A stretch of 64,000 bases of DNA from Myxococcota bacterium (GTDB lineage Bacteria > Myxococcota_A > SURF-8): NCBI GenBank assembly GCA_963674735.2, contig CAXXQS010000002.1, forward strand, positions 288,001-352,000, written 5' to 3'. Below, piece after piece: positions 45,436 through 55,541 of the stretch (its first letter is position 1; each line of letters begins with the position of its first letter). The notes under the pieces were generated by a model, which saw only the letters and a program-made list of their open reading frames with translations, was not told the DNA's origin and made no database searches. The translations under genes and the position numbers were made by a program.

Positions 45436-46623
45436 CTAAAGATCGTGCCGGGGCGACAACCACAGATCGACCGGTGTTTCCACATCGGGCCGGAACGGCA
45501 GTTCGACCCGCCGACCGGTGCCCGCCGAATGATAGGCCGCCAGCATGATTTCCAAAACGGCATCGCCGTCGGCCGCCGACTCCAGCGGTGTGCCGCCGTG
45601 ACGGATGCAGTCGAGGAAATTGCGCATTTCCTGCGGGTAGCCGTTGTTCCACAACCACTCGAAGTCGGGGTCGCTCCAGCCGCACGACTCGGAACCGCTC
45701 ACCTGCGCCCGGTTGTGCGACATTTCTGGAAAGCCCTTTTCGGAATAAGCCTTGAGCCCCATCCCGGTCAACAGGTCGCCGTAGAGCACGCCCTCGGTAC
45801 CGTAAACCTCGGCGGTGGAGGCCATGCCGCCCTTGAGCGCCCAACTCGATTCGACATGCGCCAGCGTGCCGTCGGTGAACTCCAAGGTCAGGATGACGTG
45901 ATCCTCGACTTCCGCCCAGGTGTGCAGGTACTTACCGCAGTGGGCCATCACGGATTTCACCGGTTTTTTGTTCATGAACCAGCGGCAGAATTCGATGGCG
46001 TGACAGCCCATGTCCATCAGGATGCCGCCGCCCGCGCCCTCGCGCGTCCAGAACCAGGGCGAGTAGGGTCCGGCGTGCTTCTCGCACTGCTTGACCATAT
46101 ACACCTGACCGATCCCGCCCGCGTCGGCAATCTGCTTCATGCGCACGAACTTGGGAATGTAGCACAGCTCCTCGGCGTAGCCGACCACCAGCCCGTTCGT
46201 CTTCGCCAGATCGGCGATTTCCTCGGCGTCGGCCAGCGTGAGGCACAGGGGCTTCTCGATAATGACGTGCTTGCCCGCGCGCAGGGCGTCTTTGGCCAGG
46301 GGCGCATGCAGACGGTTGGGCACCGCCACCGTCACCGCGTCGATGTCCTGGCGTTTGAGCATCCCTTTGTGGGTTTTGTAGTAGTTCGGAATCGGGCGCT
46401 CTTGGACGAATTCCTTGTGGCGCGCGGTATCGGGGTCGGCCTGCGCCACCACCTCGCAACCGCCGATCGCCTGAAAGGCGTCGTAATGCACGGTGCTGAT
46501 CCAGCCCGCGCCGATCAATCCGATGCGTAAGGGTCGGTCACTCGCCGACACCTTCGCTGCGGACTTGCCGCTACGTCTCTTCTTCGGCGCGCCTTTACGG
46601 GCGGCCGCGGTCCCCGTGGCCAT
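45436..46623 (-). CDS. Gfo/Idh/MocA family oxidoreductase
   Basis: IGLIGAG, AGKHVIIEKP, GGGILMDMGCH. Confidence 0.92.
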   Translation of the reverse strand: MATGTAAARKGAPKKRRSGKSAAKVSASDRPLRIGLIGAGWISTVHYDAFQAIGGCEVVAQADPDTARHKEFVQERPIPNYYKTHKGMLKRQDIDAVTVAVPNRLHAPLAKDALRAGKHVIIEKPLCLTLADAEEIADLAKTNGLVVGYAEELCYIPKFVRMKQIADAGGIGQVYMVKQCEKHAGPYSPWFWTREGAGGGILMDMGCHAIEFCRWFMNKKPVKSVMAHCGKYLHTWAEVEDHVILTLEFTDGTLAHVESSWALKGGMASTAEVYGTEGVLYGDLLTGMGLKAYSEKGFPEMSHNRAQVSGSESCGWSDPDFEWLWNNGYPQEMRNFLDCIRHGGTPLESAADGDAVLEIMLAAYHSAGTGRRVELPFRPDVETPVDLWLSPRHDL

Positions 46624-46735
46624 GGGTGCTTCTCGCTTTCGGTCTGAGTCCATCCTCTGCAAAGCCGTCCGGCTCCGCTCCCCTGAGATTGGCGGAATGC
46701 CGGACGGCTGTCAAGAATGTTTTTGGGGGAAATGC

Positions 46736-47977
46736 TTACAGCAGGTCGTCCACGTTTTTCTGAATTTTTTTAACGGCCCGCGCAATGTCGAGCACATCGC
46801 TCTTCGTTCCCATCAAATAGGGATAGTGCAACCAGACGGCTTCGTCGTAGGCGGCCTTGTGCGCCACCGGGGTATCGGCCGATTTGAAGGTAATCCCTTT
46901 TTTGTAGCGTTTTTTCAGTTGCGGGAAATCGGACATCCGCGGGTCGAAAATAGGACGCTCGTGGATCGGCTCGTAAAAATCGCCGTCGGCCATGATGCCC
47001 TCCGCCGCCAAGGCTTCCAGGAAGCGGTCGCGGTGCAGGCCCTTGAACCCGGCCGGGTCGTATTTGAAAACATACTGGTAGTGCGCGGAAACGGTCGTGC
47101 GTTTGTCGGGCCGGATAACGCCGATGCCCTCGATGGCCGCCAGCGCCTCGGTGAGCGCCGCCGCGTTCTTGGCGCGTTTTTGGGTGAAAGCCGGAAGCTT
47201 GTCCAACTGGGCGATCAGCACCCCCGCCTGAAATTCGCTGAGGCGGTAGTTGTTGCCGAAAACCGTGCCCTTGAAGGAATCGTAGCCCCACTCCTTGCGT
47301 CCGCAGTTGACGATGGACTGGGTTTTCTCTTCCAACTCCTTCTTGTTCATGATCAGGGCCCCGCCCTCACCCGAGGTCATGAGTTTGGAAGACTGGAAGG
47401 AGAAGGAGCCGAAATCGCCGTGGCTGCCGACGCCTTTGCCGCGCCACTTGGCCCCGTGGGCATGGGCGCAATCTTCGATCAACAGCAGATCGTGTTTTTT
47501 GCAGATCCGCTTCAGGCGGTCGAGATCGGCGATCGAACTGGCCAGATGAACCGGAATGACGGCGCGGGTGCGCGGCGTGATGGCCGCCTCCACTGCGTCG
47601 CAATCGAGGGTGTAGTTTTGCGGTGTCACGTCCACGAAGACCGGAACGGCGTTGACGTAGACGGCGCAACCGGCTGTCGCCAGCCAGGTGTAACTGGGGA
47701 CGATCACTTCGTCACCGGCCGTCACGCCGCCCGCCCGCAACGCCACTTCGAGAGTGACGGAGCCGTTGGCGAGGCAAACGCCGTATTTGGCATCGTGGGC
47801 CGCGGCGAAACGGCGCGCAAACTCACCCGCTTTGACATTGGGCGACGGATACCCGCCCCAATTTTGGCTGTGTAGAACCTCCAAAAGCTGGGTTTCCTCG
47901 CGTTTGTCGTAAGGGGGCCAGCTCGGATACGGCTTGCTGCGTAACGGTTTTCCACCCTTAAGTGCGAGTTTCGACAT
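46736..47977 (-). CDS. DegT/DnrJ/EryC1/StrS PLP aminotransferase (RifK/inosose aminotransferase-like)
   Basis: WPPYD, EDCAHAHGA, SFSFQSSKLMTSGEGG, NYRLSEFQA. Confidence 0.92.
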   Translation of the reverse strand: MSKLALKGGKPLRSKPYPSWPPYDKREETQLLEVLHSQNWGGYPSPNVKAGEFARRFAAAHDAKYGVCLANGSVTLEVALRAGGVTAGDEVIVPSYTWLATAGCAVYVNAVPVFVDVTPQNYTLDCDAVEAAITPRTRAVIPVHLASSIADLDRLKRICKKHDLLLIEDCAHAHGAKWRGKGVGSHGDFGSFSFQSSKLMTSGEGGALIMNKKELEEKTQSIVNCGRKEWGYDSFKGTVFGNNYRLSEFQAGVLIAQLDKLPAFTQKRAKNAAALTEALAAIEGIGVIRPDKRTTVSAHYQYVFKYDPAGFKGLHRDRFLEALAAEGIMADGDFYEPIHERPIFDPRMSDFPQLKKRYKKGITFKSADTPVAHKAAYDEAVWLHYPYLMGTKSDVLDIARAVKKIQKNVDDLL

Positions 47978-48202
47978 GCCCTCTCTCCTTTGTCTACGGG
48001 GTTACAACGTGTTCCCAATGCGTCATCAACGTTGGCGAGATGCTAACGAAAGGCGGCGCAAAACGCAAGTTCCTTTTTGTTTACAACGTGTTGGGAAAAT
48101 AATATTTTTTTTCAACTCGTTCTTGCGTTTGCGCGGTTCCTTTCCTAAAATGGGTCCGGCCACTTGTGGGGCCCGAACCGCATGCCTGCGAGGTAAGCAT
48201 AC

Positions 48203-49051
48203 ATGGCGACGTCGAAAATCAGTCTATCCACGCTCATGCGCAAAAAAGCGGACGGCAGCAAGATTACGATGCTGACCGCTTACGACGCTCCCACCGCGCG
48301 CGCCCTCGACGCCGCCGGCATCGACTGCCTGCTGATCGGCGATTCCGCCGCCAATGTGGTGCTGGGTTATAAAGACACGCTGCCGGTCAGCATGGACGAA
48401 ATGATCATGCTCTCCGCCGCCGTGGTGCGTGGAACGCAAAATGCTTACGTGATCGGCGACATGCCGTTCATGTCCTATAACGTCACCATCCCCGAGGCGA
48501 TCCGCAACGCCGGGCGCTTCATGAAAGAGGCCGGAACCGAAGCGGTCAAGCTCGAAGGTGGCGGCCATGTGGCCGATACGCTGCAGGCGATCGTGAAAGC
48601 CGGAATCCCCGTCGTCGGTCACCTGGGCTTGACGCCCCAGACCGCAGGCCTGATCGGGGGATATCGCGTCCAGGGCCGCACGGCCGATATCGCGATCCGG
48701 ATCGTCAAAGATGCTGAACGGCTTCAGGATGCTGGAGCCTGTATGTTGGTTTTGGAATGCGTGCCCGACCGTCTCGCCGAATTGATTTCCAAACGCCTTG
48801 CCATCCCGGTTATCGGGATCGGGGCGGGATCCGGCTGTGACGGACAGGTGCTGGTCGTACATGATCTTCTGGGAATCCGGGCGGGATTCTCCCCGAAGTT
48901 CGTCAAGTCCTATGCGTCCCTGGGCGACCGGATGCAGCAGGCGGCCGACCAATACCGCCAAGAGGTGGAAGCGCAAAGCTTTCCGGCCTCGGAACACGCA
49001 TTTGAAATGGAGGATGCTGAGCTCCGCGCTCTATTGGATATGCTGAAATAG
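48203..49051 (+). CDS. panB: 3-methyl-2-oxobutanoate hydroxymethyltransferase
   Basis: MLTAYD, LIGDS, DMPF, VKLEGG, GHLGLTPQ, DGQVLV. Confidence 0.97.
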   Translation: MATSKISLSTLMRKKADGSKITMLTAYDAPTARALDAAGIDCLLIGDSAANVVLGYKDTLPVSMDEMIMLSAAVVRGTQNAYVIGDMPFMSYNVTIPEAIRNAGRFMKEAGTEAVKLEGGGHVADTLQAIVKAGIPVVGHLGLTPQTAGLIGGYRVQGRTADIAIRIVKDAERLQDAGACMLVLECVPDRLAELISKRLAIPVIGIGAGSGCDGQVLVVHDLLGIRAGFSPKFVKSYASLGDRMQQAADQYRQEVEAQSFPASEHAFEMEDAELRALLDMLK

Positions 49052-49248
49052 TTAAATCGCAACCGTTCGTATTCGTTGCTCAAGCGCGTGGTGCGAGGGA
49101 GGACGTCGGCTGAAGGACTTTTTGAAGCTGACAACCATCCTTGACAACCTCTGAGTTTCGCGATAGCGAGGAAGAGGGCTTTGTTGCGTCCGCAGCGGAG
49201 AATGGTGCAATGAGTGCGTAATCCTATCTGAAAACAAGGACTTATTGA

Positions 49249-49821
49249 ATGTCAGACACGAATGAATACCGCAACGAAGAAGGTGGCGGGGCCATTCATC
49301 CCACTTCCGGGCTGGCCCGGGAAGCGGAGGAGGCAACCGGCATCAACGCCATGTCCTGTTACCAGTGTGGAAAATGCTCGGCCGGGTGCCCGCTTTTCGG
49401 CATCACCGATCTGATCCCGCACGATTTGATGCGCTGCATACAGCTTGGGCTGGAAGACCGCGTCCTGCGGTCGCGTCATATCTGGCTGTGTGTGGGTTGC
49501 GAAACCTGCAACACACGCTGCCCCAATCAAATCGATATTCCACGCCTGATGGATTACATGCGCAAGCGGGCCATGGAAAAAGGGGTGGAAGCGGCCGAAC
49601 CCGGCATCAGCGCCTTTCACAACAGCTTCCTCAAAACCGTTAAACATAACGGGCGGTTGAGCGAGTTGGGCATGATGCGCGATTACAAGATGAAAACCGG
49701 CGAGTATTTCAAAGATTTCAAGCTGGGTATGGCGCTGTTCAAGCGCGGTAAAATCAAGCTGTTCTCCCGCAAAGCCGGACGCCGCGACGTACGAGCGATC
49801 TTCGAACGGAGGGGTAAATGA
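49249..49821 (+). CDS. hdrC: Heterodisulfide reductase subunit C-like
   Basis: CYQCGKCSAGCP, WLCVGCETCNTRCP. Confidence 0.92.
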   Translation: MSDTNEYRNEEGGGAIHPTSGLAREAEEATGINAMSCYQCGKCSAGCPLFGITDLIPHDLMRCIQLGLEDRVLRSRHIWLCVGCETCNTRCPNQIDIPRLMDYMRKRAMEKGVEAAEPGISAFHNSFLKTVKHNGRLSELGMMRDYKMKTGEYFKDFKLGMALFKRGKIKLFSRKAGRRDVRAIFERRGK

Positions 49822-50663
49822 AACTCGCCTATTACCCGGGATGCAGCGGTCATGGCACCGGACGCGAACTGGATGAATCCACCCGCGACCTGTGCGACCG
49901 TCTCGGCATCGAATTGCAGGAACTGGACGACTGGAACTGCTGCGGCGCATCGAGCGCACACAGCATCGACGAAGGGTTGGGCGTCGCGTTGGCGGCCCGC
50001 AACCTGGCCATCGCCGACAAAACCGGCCTGGACGTCATGACGCCCTGCTCGGCCTGCTTCGCCCGGCTGGCCGGTGCACGCAAGCATGTTCTCGAACACG
50101 GCGCGCCCGAGGGTGTGGAAGACGTCACCGGACAATCCAAGGTCTTCCACGTGCTCGACCTCTTCGGCAATGAGGAATTCGTCGAGCATTTCCATGGTAA
50201 GGTGCAAAAGCCCCTCGCAGGCCTCACCCTGGCCTGCTATTACGGCTGCCTCACCAACCGGCCGCCCGAAGTCACCGGCAAAGACAACCCGGAAAATCCG
50301 CGCGAGATGGAAACGCTGCTCGAAGCGGCCGGAGCCGAAACGGTCGACTGGCCGCTCAAGACGGTCTGCTGCGGCGGCAGCCTCACCTTGAGCCGCGACG
50401 AAATCGTGGGTCAGCTCTGCGGAAATCTCTTCGACATGGCGCGCCAGGCCGGCGCACAGGCGCTGGTCACCGGCTGCCCCATGTGCTTCATGAATCTCGA
50501 CCGCCAGTGGGGCGCCGCCAACGAGCAAGGCATCGAAGCCCTGCCGGTGCTCTACTTCACGGAACTGATGCTGTACGCCATCGACCCGAGCCGTGGACGC
50601 AGCCTCTTCAAACATCATCTTAGCGATCCCACACAACTCTTCAGCGAACGGGGGCTGCCATGA
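49818..50663 (+). CDS. hdrB: Heterodisulfide reductase subunit B-like
   Basis: YYPGC, WNCCG, CSAC, YYGC, CCGG, CPMC. Confidence 0.93.
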   Translation: MKLAYYPGCSGHGTGRELDESTRDLCDRLGIELQELDDWNCCGASSAHSIDEGLGVALAARNLAIADKTGLDVMTPCSACFARLAGARKHVLEHGAPEGVEDVTGQSKVFHVLDLFGNEEFVEHFHGKVQKPLAGLTLACYYGCLTNRPPEVTGKDNPENPREMETLLEAAGAETVDWPLKTVCCGGSLTLSRDEIVGQLCGNLFDMARQAGAQALVTGCPMCFMNLDRQWGAANEQGIEALPVLYFTELMLYAIDPSRGRSLFKHHLSDPTQLFSERGLP

Positions 50664-53600
50664 GCGATCGACAACCGGTAGGAGCCATCATGGTGGTGGG
50701 CGCAGGCATCGGCGGAATGCAGGCGTCCCTGGATCTGGCGGAAAGCGGTTTCAAGGTCTATCTGGTCGAACGCGACACCGCCATCGGCGGTCGCATGGCC
50801 CAGTTGGACAAAACCTTCCCCACCAACGACTGCGCCATGTGCATCATGTCGCCCAAGCTGATCGAAGTGGGCCGCCATCCCAATATCGAAATCCTGACCA
50901 GCACGGAAGTGCTCAACGTCGACGGCGAGGCCGGACACTTCGACGTGAAGCTCCAGCGCCATCCGCGCTTCGTCGACCTCGCCCGCTGCACCGGCTGCGG
51001 CGAATGCGTCAAGGTGTGCCCGATCGAGGTTCCCAACGAATACAACATGGGCATGGACGGTCGCCGCGCCATCCGCAAGCGTTACCCGCAAGCCATCCCC
51101 GGCGGCTATTCCGTCGAAAAGCGCGGAACGGCCCCCTGCCGCGACGCCTGCCCTTCGCACGTGCGCGCCCAGGGTTACGTGGCGCTGATCGCCCAGGGAC
51201 GCTTTGAAGAAGCCCTCAAGGTGGTGCGCCGCGATCTGCCTTTCCCGGCCGTCTGCGGCCGCGTCTGCCCGCATCCCTGCGAAGACGCCTGCAACCGCGG
51301 CGAAGTCGATGAACCCATCGCCATTCGCGATCTCAAACGCTTCATCTCCGATTACGAAATGAAGTCGGGCAAAAAGGCCCTGCCGGAAGTCGGCGAAGCG
51401 ACCGGCAAACGCATCGCCATCGTCGGCGGCGGTCCGGCCGGATTGTCGGCCGCCTGGTTTTTGCGCCTCAAGGGTCACGATGCGGTGGTGTACGAGTCCG
51501 CGCCCAAGGCGGGCGGCATGCTGCGCTACGGCATCCCCGACTATCGCCTGCCCCAGGACGTGCTCGACCGTGAAATCGAAACCTTCACCGATCTGGGCGT
51601 GGAAATCCGCTGCAACAGCGCCATCGGCCAGGATCTCAAACTGTCCGACCTCTACAAAGACTACGACGCCCTGTTCGTCGCCGGTGGTGCCCAGAAGGGC
51701 CGCCTGATCGACATCCCCGGTATCGACGGCGTCGGTGTCATGGCGGGTGTCGACTACCTGCGCGGCTCGGCTCTGGGCGAGCTGCCCGCCATCGGCAAGC
51801 GCGTGGTGGTCATCGGCGGTGGCGACGTGGCCTACGATGTCGCCCGCACGAGCCTGCGCCAGAACGACGGCGTCGACGGCGCCGAAACGCATCTGTGTTG
51901 CCTGGAATCGCGCGACGAAATGATGGCCTCCGCCGATGAAATCATCGAAGGCGAGCAGGAAGGCGTCCAGCGTCACAACAGCCTCGGCCCGGCCGAAGTG
52001 CTCAAAGACGCCGACGGCAACGTCACGGGCGTGGCCTTCAAGGCCTGCACGCGCGTCTTCGACGAAGACCACCGTTTCAGCCCGCAATACGACGAGGAAC
52101 AACGCACCGTCATCGAGTGCGATACCGTGATTCTGGCCATCGGCCAGCAGGCCGACACCCGCTTCGTCGAAGGCTCGGGCCTCGACGATATCGCGGCGCG
52201 CGGCTGGTTGCAGGGCGACCCGCTCACCTGCGAAACGCCCGTGCAGGGCATCTTCGCCGGGGGCGACATGTTCGCCGGTCCTTCCATCGCCATCCGCGCC
52301 ATCGCCCACGGCAAGGAAGCCGCCGAGAGCATCGACCGCTACCTGAACAACCGCGACCTGAAAGCCGATCGCGAATGGGACCGTCCCATCGCCGACCGCC
52401 CCAAAAAGCGCGTCGCCAAAGCCCCGCGCCAGCATCCCGCCCTGCGCGACGTTGCCGAACGCAAAGGCGATTACGCCGAACTGGGCGACGGACTCACCGA
52501 AGAACAGGCCGTCACCGAAGCCCAGCGTTGCCTGGCCTGCGGCATCTGCTCCGAGTGCGGCTTGTGCGAGGAGGCCTGTCAGGCCAAGGCCATCGACCAC
52601 GATATGAAAGGCTACGAGCAGACCTTGAGCGTCGGCTCGGTCATCCTCTCGCCCGGCTTCGATCAGTTCGAAGCCGATCAGCTCGGCGAGTACGGCCATG
52701 GCCGCTGGGCCAACGTGGTTACCAGCCTCGAATTCGAACGCTTCCTGAGCGCTACCGGTCCGACCGTCGGACACGTCAAGCGTCCCTCCGACAACAAGGA
52801 ACCCAAAAAAGTCGCCTGGATCCAGTGCGTCGGCTCGCGCGACGAACGCCACGACCGCAAATACTGTTCGGGCGTCTGCTGCATGTTCGCCACCAAAGAG
52901 GCGGTCATCGCCACCGACCACTCCCACGGCGAGCTGTCGACCACCATCTTCATGATGGACCTGCGCGCCATGGGCAAGGGCTTCGACGACTACTGCAACC
53001 GCGCCCAGAGCCAGTACGGCGTGCGCTATGTGCGCGCCACCATCTCGCGCGTGGACGAAGTGCCCGGATCGAGCGACATTCAAGTCACTTACGTGGGGGA
53101 AGACGGCCAGCCGGTGAAAGAAACCTTCGACATGCTGGTGCTTTCCACCGGACTGAAACCGCAAAAAGACGTCAAGGAGCTGGCCAGGCGCGTCGGGATC
53201 GAACTCGATGTCTATGGTTTCGCCAAAAACAGCCCCTATGCGCCCCTGGCCACCTCGCGTCCCGGCGTTTTCGTCTGCGGCGTCATGCAGGGGCCGAAAG
53301 ACATTCCCGAAACGGTGGCCCAAGCCTCCGGCGCGGCCGCCTTCGCCATGCGCGATCTGGCTCCCGCTCGCGGCACGGAAACCATCCAGCCCGAGATGCC
53401 CGCTGAAATCGACACCGAAAGCGGCGATCAACGCATCGGCGTTTTCGTGTGCAATTGCGGCATCAACATCGGCTCGGTGGTGGACGTTCCCGACGTCGCC
53501 GAATACGCCAAAAAACACGGCGATGTGGTGCACTCGGAAGGCGTTTTGTTCGCCTGCTCGCAGGATAACGCCGTGCATATGAAGGAGATCATCAAGGAAA

Positions 53601-55111
53601 AAGGCATCAACCGCCTGGTGGTGGCCTCCTGCACGCCGCGTACCCACGAACCGCTGTTCCAGGGCACCCTCAAGGAAGTCGGCGTCAACCCCTACCTGTT
53701 CAGCATGGCCAACATCCGCGAGCAATGTTCCTGGGTGCACGCCCAAGAGCCGGAGAAGGCCACCGAAAAAGCCAAAATGATGGTGGATATGGCCGTCGCC
53801 AACGCCCGCGAGCTGAAGCCCTTGCACAAGCGCTCACAATCGGTGGTGCAAAGCGCCCTGGTCATCGGCGGCGGACTGGCGGGCATGACGGCCGCCACGG
53901 AACTCGCCACCCAGGGATTCCCGGTAGTCCTGATCGAAAAAAGCGATCGCCTGGGCGGCAATCTCAACCGCCTGCGCGCCACCCACGACGGCCAGGACAT
54001 CAAAGGTTTCAATGAGAGCCTCATCAAAATGGTCAACGAGAACCCGTTGATCACCGTGTATCTCAACGCCAACCTGATCCGCACCACCGGATTCTTGGGG
54101 AACTTCGAAAGCACCATCGAAATCGGCCAGAACGGTGAGAAACGCCGGGAAGTCTACGAGCACGGCGCCACCATTGTGGCCACCGGCGGACACGAAAGCA
54201 CCCCCAAGGAATACGCCTACGGAGAATCGCCCGCCATCATCACCCAGATGGACATGGAAGAAAAGCTGGCCGATCCGGCCACCGATTTCGCGGCCATGAA
54301 AGACATCGTGATGATCCAGTGCGTGGGATCCCGCAATGAGGAACGCCCCTATTGCTCGCGCGTCTGCTGCGCCCAGGCGCTGAAAAACGCCCTGGCCATC
54401 AAGGAACGCGCACCCAAAGCCAACGTCACCGTCCTCATGCGCGAGATGCGCTCCTACGGACTCAAGGAAGACCTCTACAACAAAGCGCGCCGTCTGGGCG
54501 TGCTGTTCATGCGTTACGATGTCGAAAACCCGCCGCTGGTCAAGCCGTCGGACAAGGGCGCGACCGTCACCATCGACCTGCCGCGCATGGGCAAAGTGGA
54601 TATCGAGGCCGATCTGGTCGCTCTGGCGGCCGCCATCGAACCCAATAATACCGATGACGTGGCCACCATCCTCAAGCTGCCGCGCACGGCCGACAACTAC
54701 TTCCTCGAAGTGCACCAGAAGCTGCGCCCGGTGGATTTCGCCTCCGACGGCATCTTTATGGCGGGCCTGGCCCACGGTCCCAAACCGGTGGACGAAACCA
54801 TCGCCCAAGCCGCCGCCGCCGCCGCGCGCGCTTCCAGCGTGTTGTCGAGCAACGAAATGATGGTCGGCGGTCAGGTCTCGGTGGTCGATCCCGACAAATG
54901 CGCCCGTTGCATGTGCTGCGCACGGGCCTGCCCCTACGGTGTCCCCAAATTGGTGGACGGCTACGCCTTCATCGAGCCCGCCGAGTGCCAGGGTTGCGGT
55001 GTCTGCGCCTCCGAGTGTCCGGGCAAGGCCATTCAACTCCAGCACGTAACCAATAACCAGATCAGCGCCATGCTGACGATGTTGAACAACGAGGAGACGA
55101 CCCGTGGCTGA
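50660..55111 (+). CDS. hdrA: Large HdrA-family flavoprotein (HdrL type) with inserted GltD/NfnB-like NAD(P)H module
   Basis: DKTFPTNDCAMC; GRVCPHPCE/GGMLRYGIP/GGGDVA insert; two CVGSR...YCS.VCC blocks; several ferredoxin motifs; 1483 aa. Confidence 0.92.
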   Translation: MSDRQPVGAIMVVGAGIGGMQASLDLAESGFKVYLVERDTAIGGRMAQLDKTFPTNDCAMCIMSPKLIEVGRHPNIEILTSTEVLNVDGEAGHFDVKLQRHPRFVDLARCTGCGECVKVCPIEVPNEYNMGMDGRRAIRKRYPQAIPGGYSVEKRGTAPCRDACPSHVRAQGYVALIAQGRFEEALKVVRRDLPFPAVCGRVCPHPCEDACNRGEVDEPIAIRDLKRFISDYEMKSGKKALPEVGEATGKRIAIVGGGPAGLSAAWFLRLKGHDAVVYESAPKAGGMLRYGIPDYRLPQDVLDREIETFTDLGVEIRCNSAIGQDLKLSDLYKDYDALFVAGGAQKGRLIDIPGIDGVGVMAGVDYLRGSALGELPAIGKRVVVIGGGDVAYDVARTSLRQNDGVDGAETHLCCLESRDEMMASADEIIEGEQEGVQRHNSLGPAEVLKDADGNVTGVAFKACTRVFDEDHRFSPQYDEEQRTVIECDTVILAIGQQADTRFVEGSGLDDIAARGWLQGDPLTCETPVQGIFAGGDMFAGPSIAIRAIAHGKEAAESIDRYLNNRDLKADREWDRPIADRPKKRVAKAPRQHPALRDVAERKGDYAELGDGLTEEQAVTEAQRCLACGICSECGLCEEACQAKAIDHDMKGYEQTLSVGSVILSPGFDQFEADQLGEYGHGRWANVVTSLEFERFLSATGPTVGHVKRPSDNKEPKKVAWIQCVGSRDERHDRKYCSGVCCMFATKEAVIATDHSHGELSTTIFMMDLRAMGKGFDDYCNRAQSQYGVRYVRATISRVDEVPGSSDIQVTYVGEDGQPVKETFDMLVLSTGLKPQKDVKELARRVGIELDVYGFAKNSPYAPLATSRPGVFVCGVMQGPKDIPETVAQASGAAAFAMRDLAPARGTETIQPEMPAEIDTESGDQRIGVFVCNCGINIGSVVDVPDVAEYAKKHGDVVHSEGVLFACSQDNAVHMKEIIKEKGINRLVVASCTPRTHEPLFQGTLKEVGVNPYLFSMANIREQCSWVHAQEPEKATEKAKMMVDMAVANARELKPLHKRSQSVVQSALVIGGGLAGMTAATELATQGFPVVLIEKSDRLGGNLNRLRATHDGQDIKGFNESLIKMVNENPLITVYLNANLIRTTGFLGNFESTIEIGQNGEKRREVYEHGATIVATGGHESTPKEYAYGESPAIITQMDMEEKLADPATDFAAMKDIVMIQCVGSRNEERPYCSRVCCAQALKNALAIKERAPKANVTVLMREMRSYGLKEDLYNKARRLGVLFMRYDVENPPLVKPSDKGATVTIDLPRMGKVDIEADLVALAAAIEPNNTDDVATILKLPRTADNYFLEVHQKLRPVDFASDGIFMAGLAHGPKPVDETIAQAAAAAARASSVLSSNEMMVGGQVSVVDPDKCARCMCCARACPYGVPKLVDGYAFIEPAECQGCGVCASECPGKAIQLQHVTNNQISAMLTMLNNEETTRG

Positions 55112-55541
55112 TTTCGAGCCGAGAATCGTAGCCTACTGCTGCAATTACTGCGCCTTCGCCGCCGCCGATCTGGCCGGTTCGATGCGCCTGCAGTATCCCA
55201 CCAACGTGCGGATCATCCGCATCCCCTGCTCCGGCCGCGCCGAGATCAAGGAGATTCTGGAAGCTTTCTGGAACGGAGCGGACGGCGTGTTGGTGGTCGG
55301 CTGTATGGAAGGGGATTGCCACTTCATCGAAGGCAATTTCAAAGCCAAACGGCGTGTCGCCCGCGCCCGCGAATTAGTCAAAGAAGCGCGCATCGATCCC
55401 GAGCGTCTTGAATTTCACAACAATGCCGCCTCGATGGGTCCGCAACTGGCCCAGTTATTCACCGAGTTCACCGAGAAGATCCGCGCAATCGGACCATTAA
55501 ATGGGGATACTAACCTGGAGCACGTGGAGGTAGGCGCATGA
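55104..55541 (+). CDS. mvhD: MvhD/FlpD [2Fe-2S] subunit
   Basis: CCNYC.F.AADLAG, PCSGR, GADGV...GC.EGDCHF..GN. Confidence 0.94.
   Translation: MADFEPRIVAYCCNYCAFAAADLAGSMRLQYPTNVRIIRIPCSGRAEIKEILEAFWNGADGVLVVGCMEGDCHFIEGNFKAKRRVARARELVKEARIDPERLEFHNNAASMGPQLAQLFTEFTEKIRAIGPLNGDTNLEHVEVGA

Noticed and set aside
50660-55541. Selenocysteine recoding in HdrA or MvhD
   Set aside because: Both frames are open with Cys codons at the usual Sec positions
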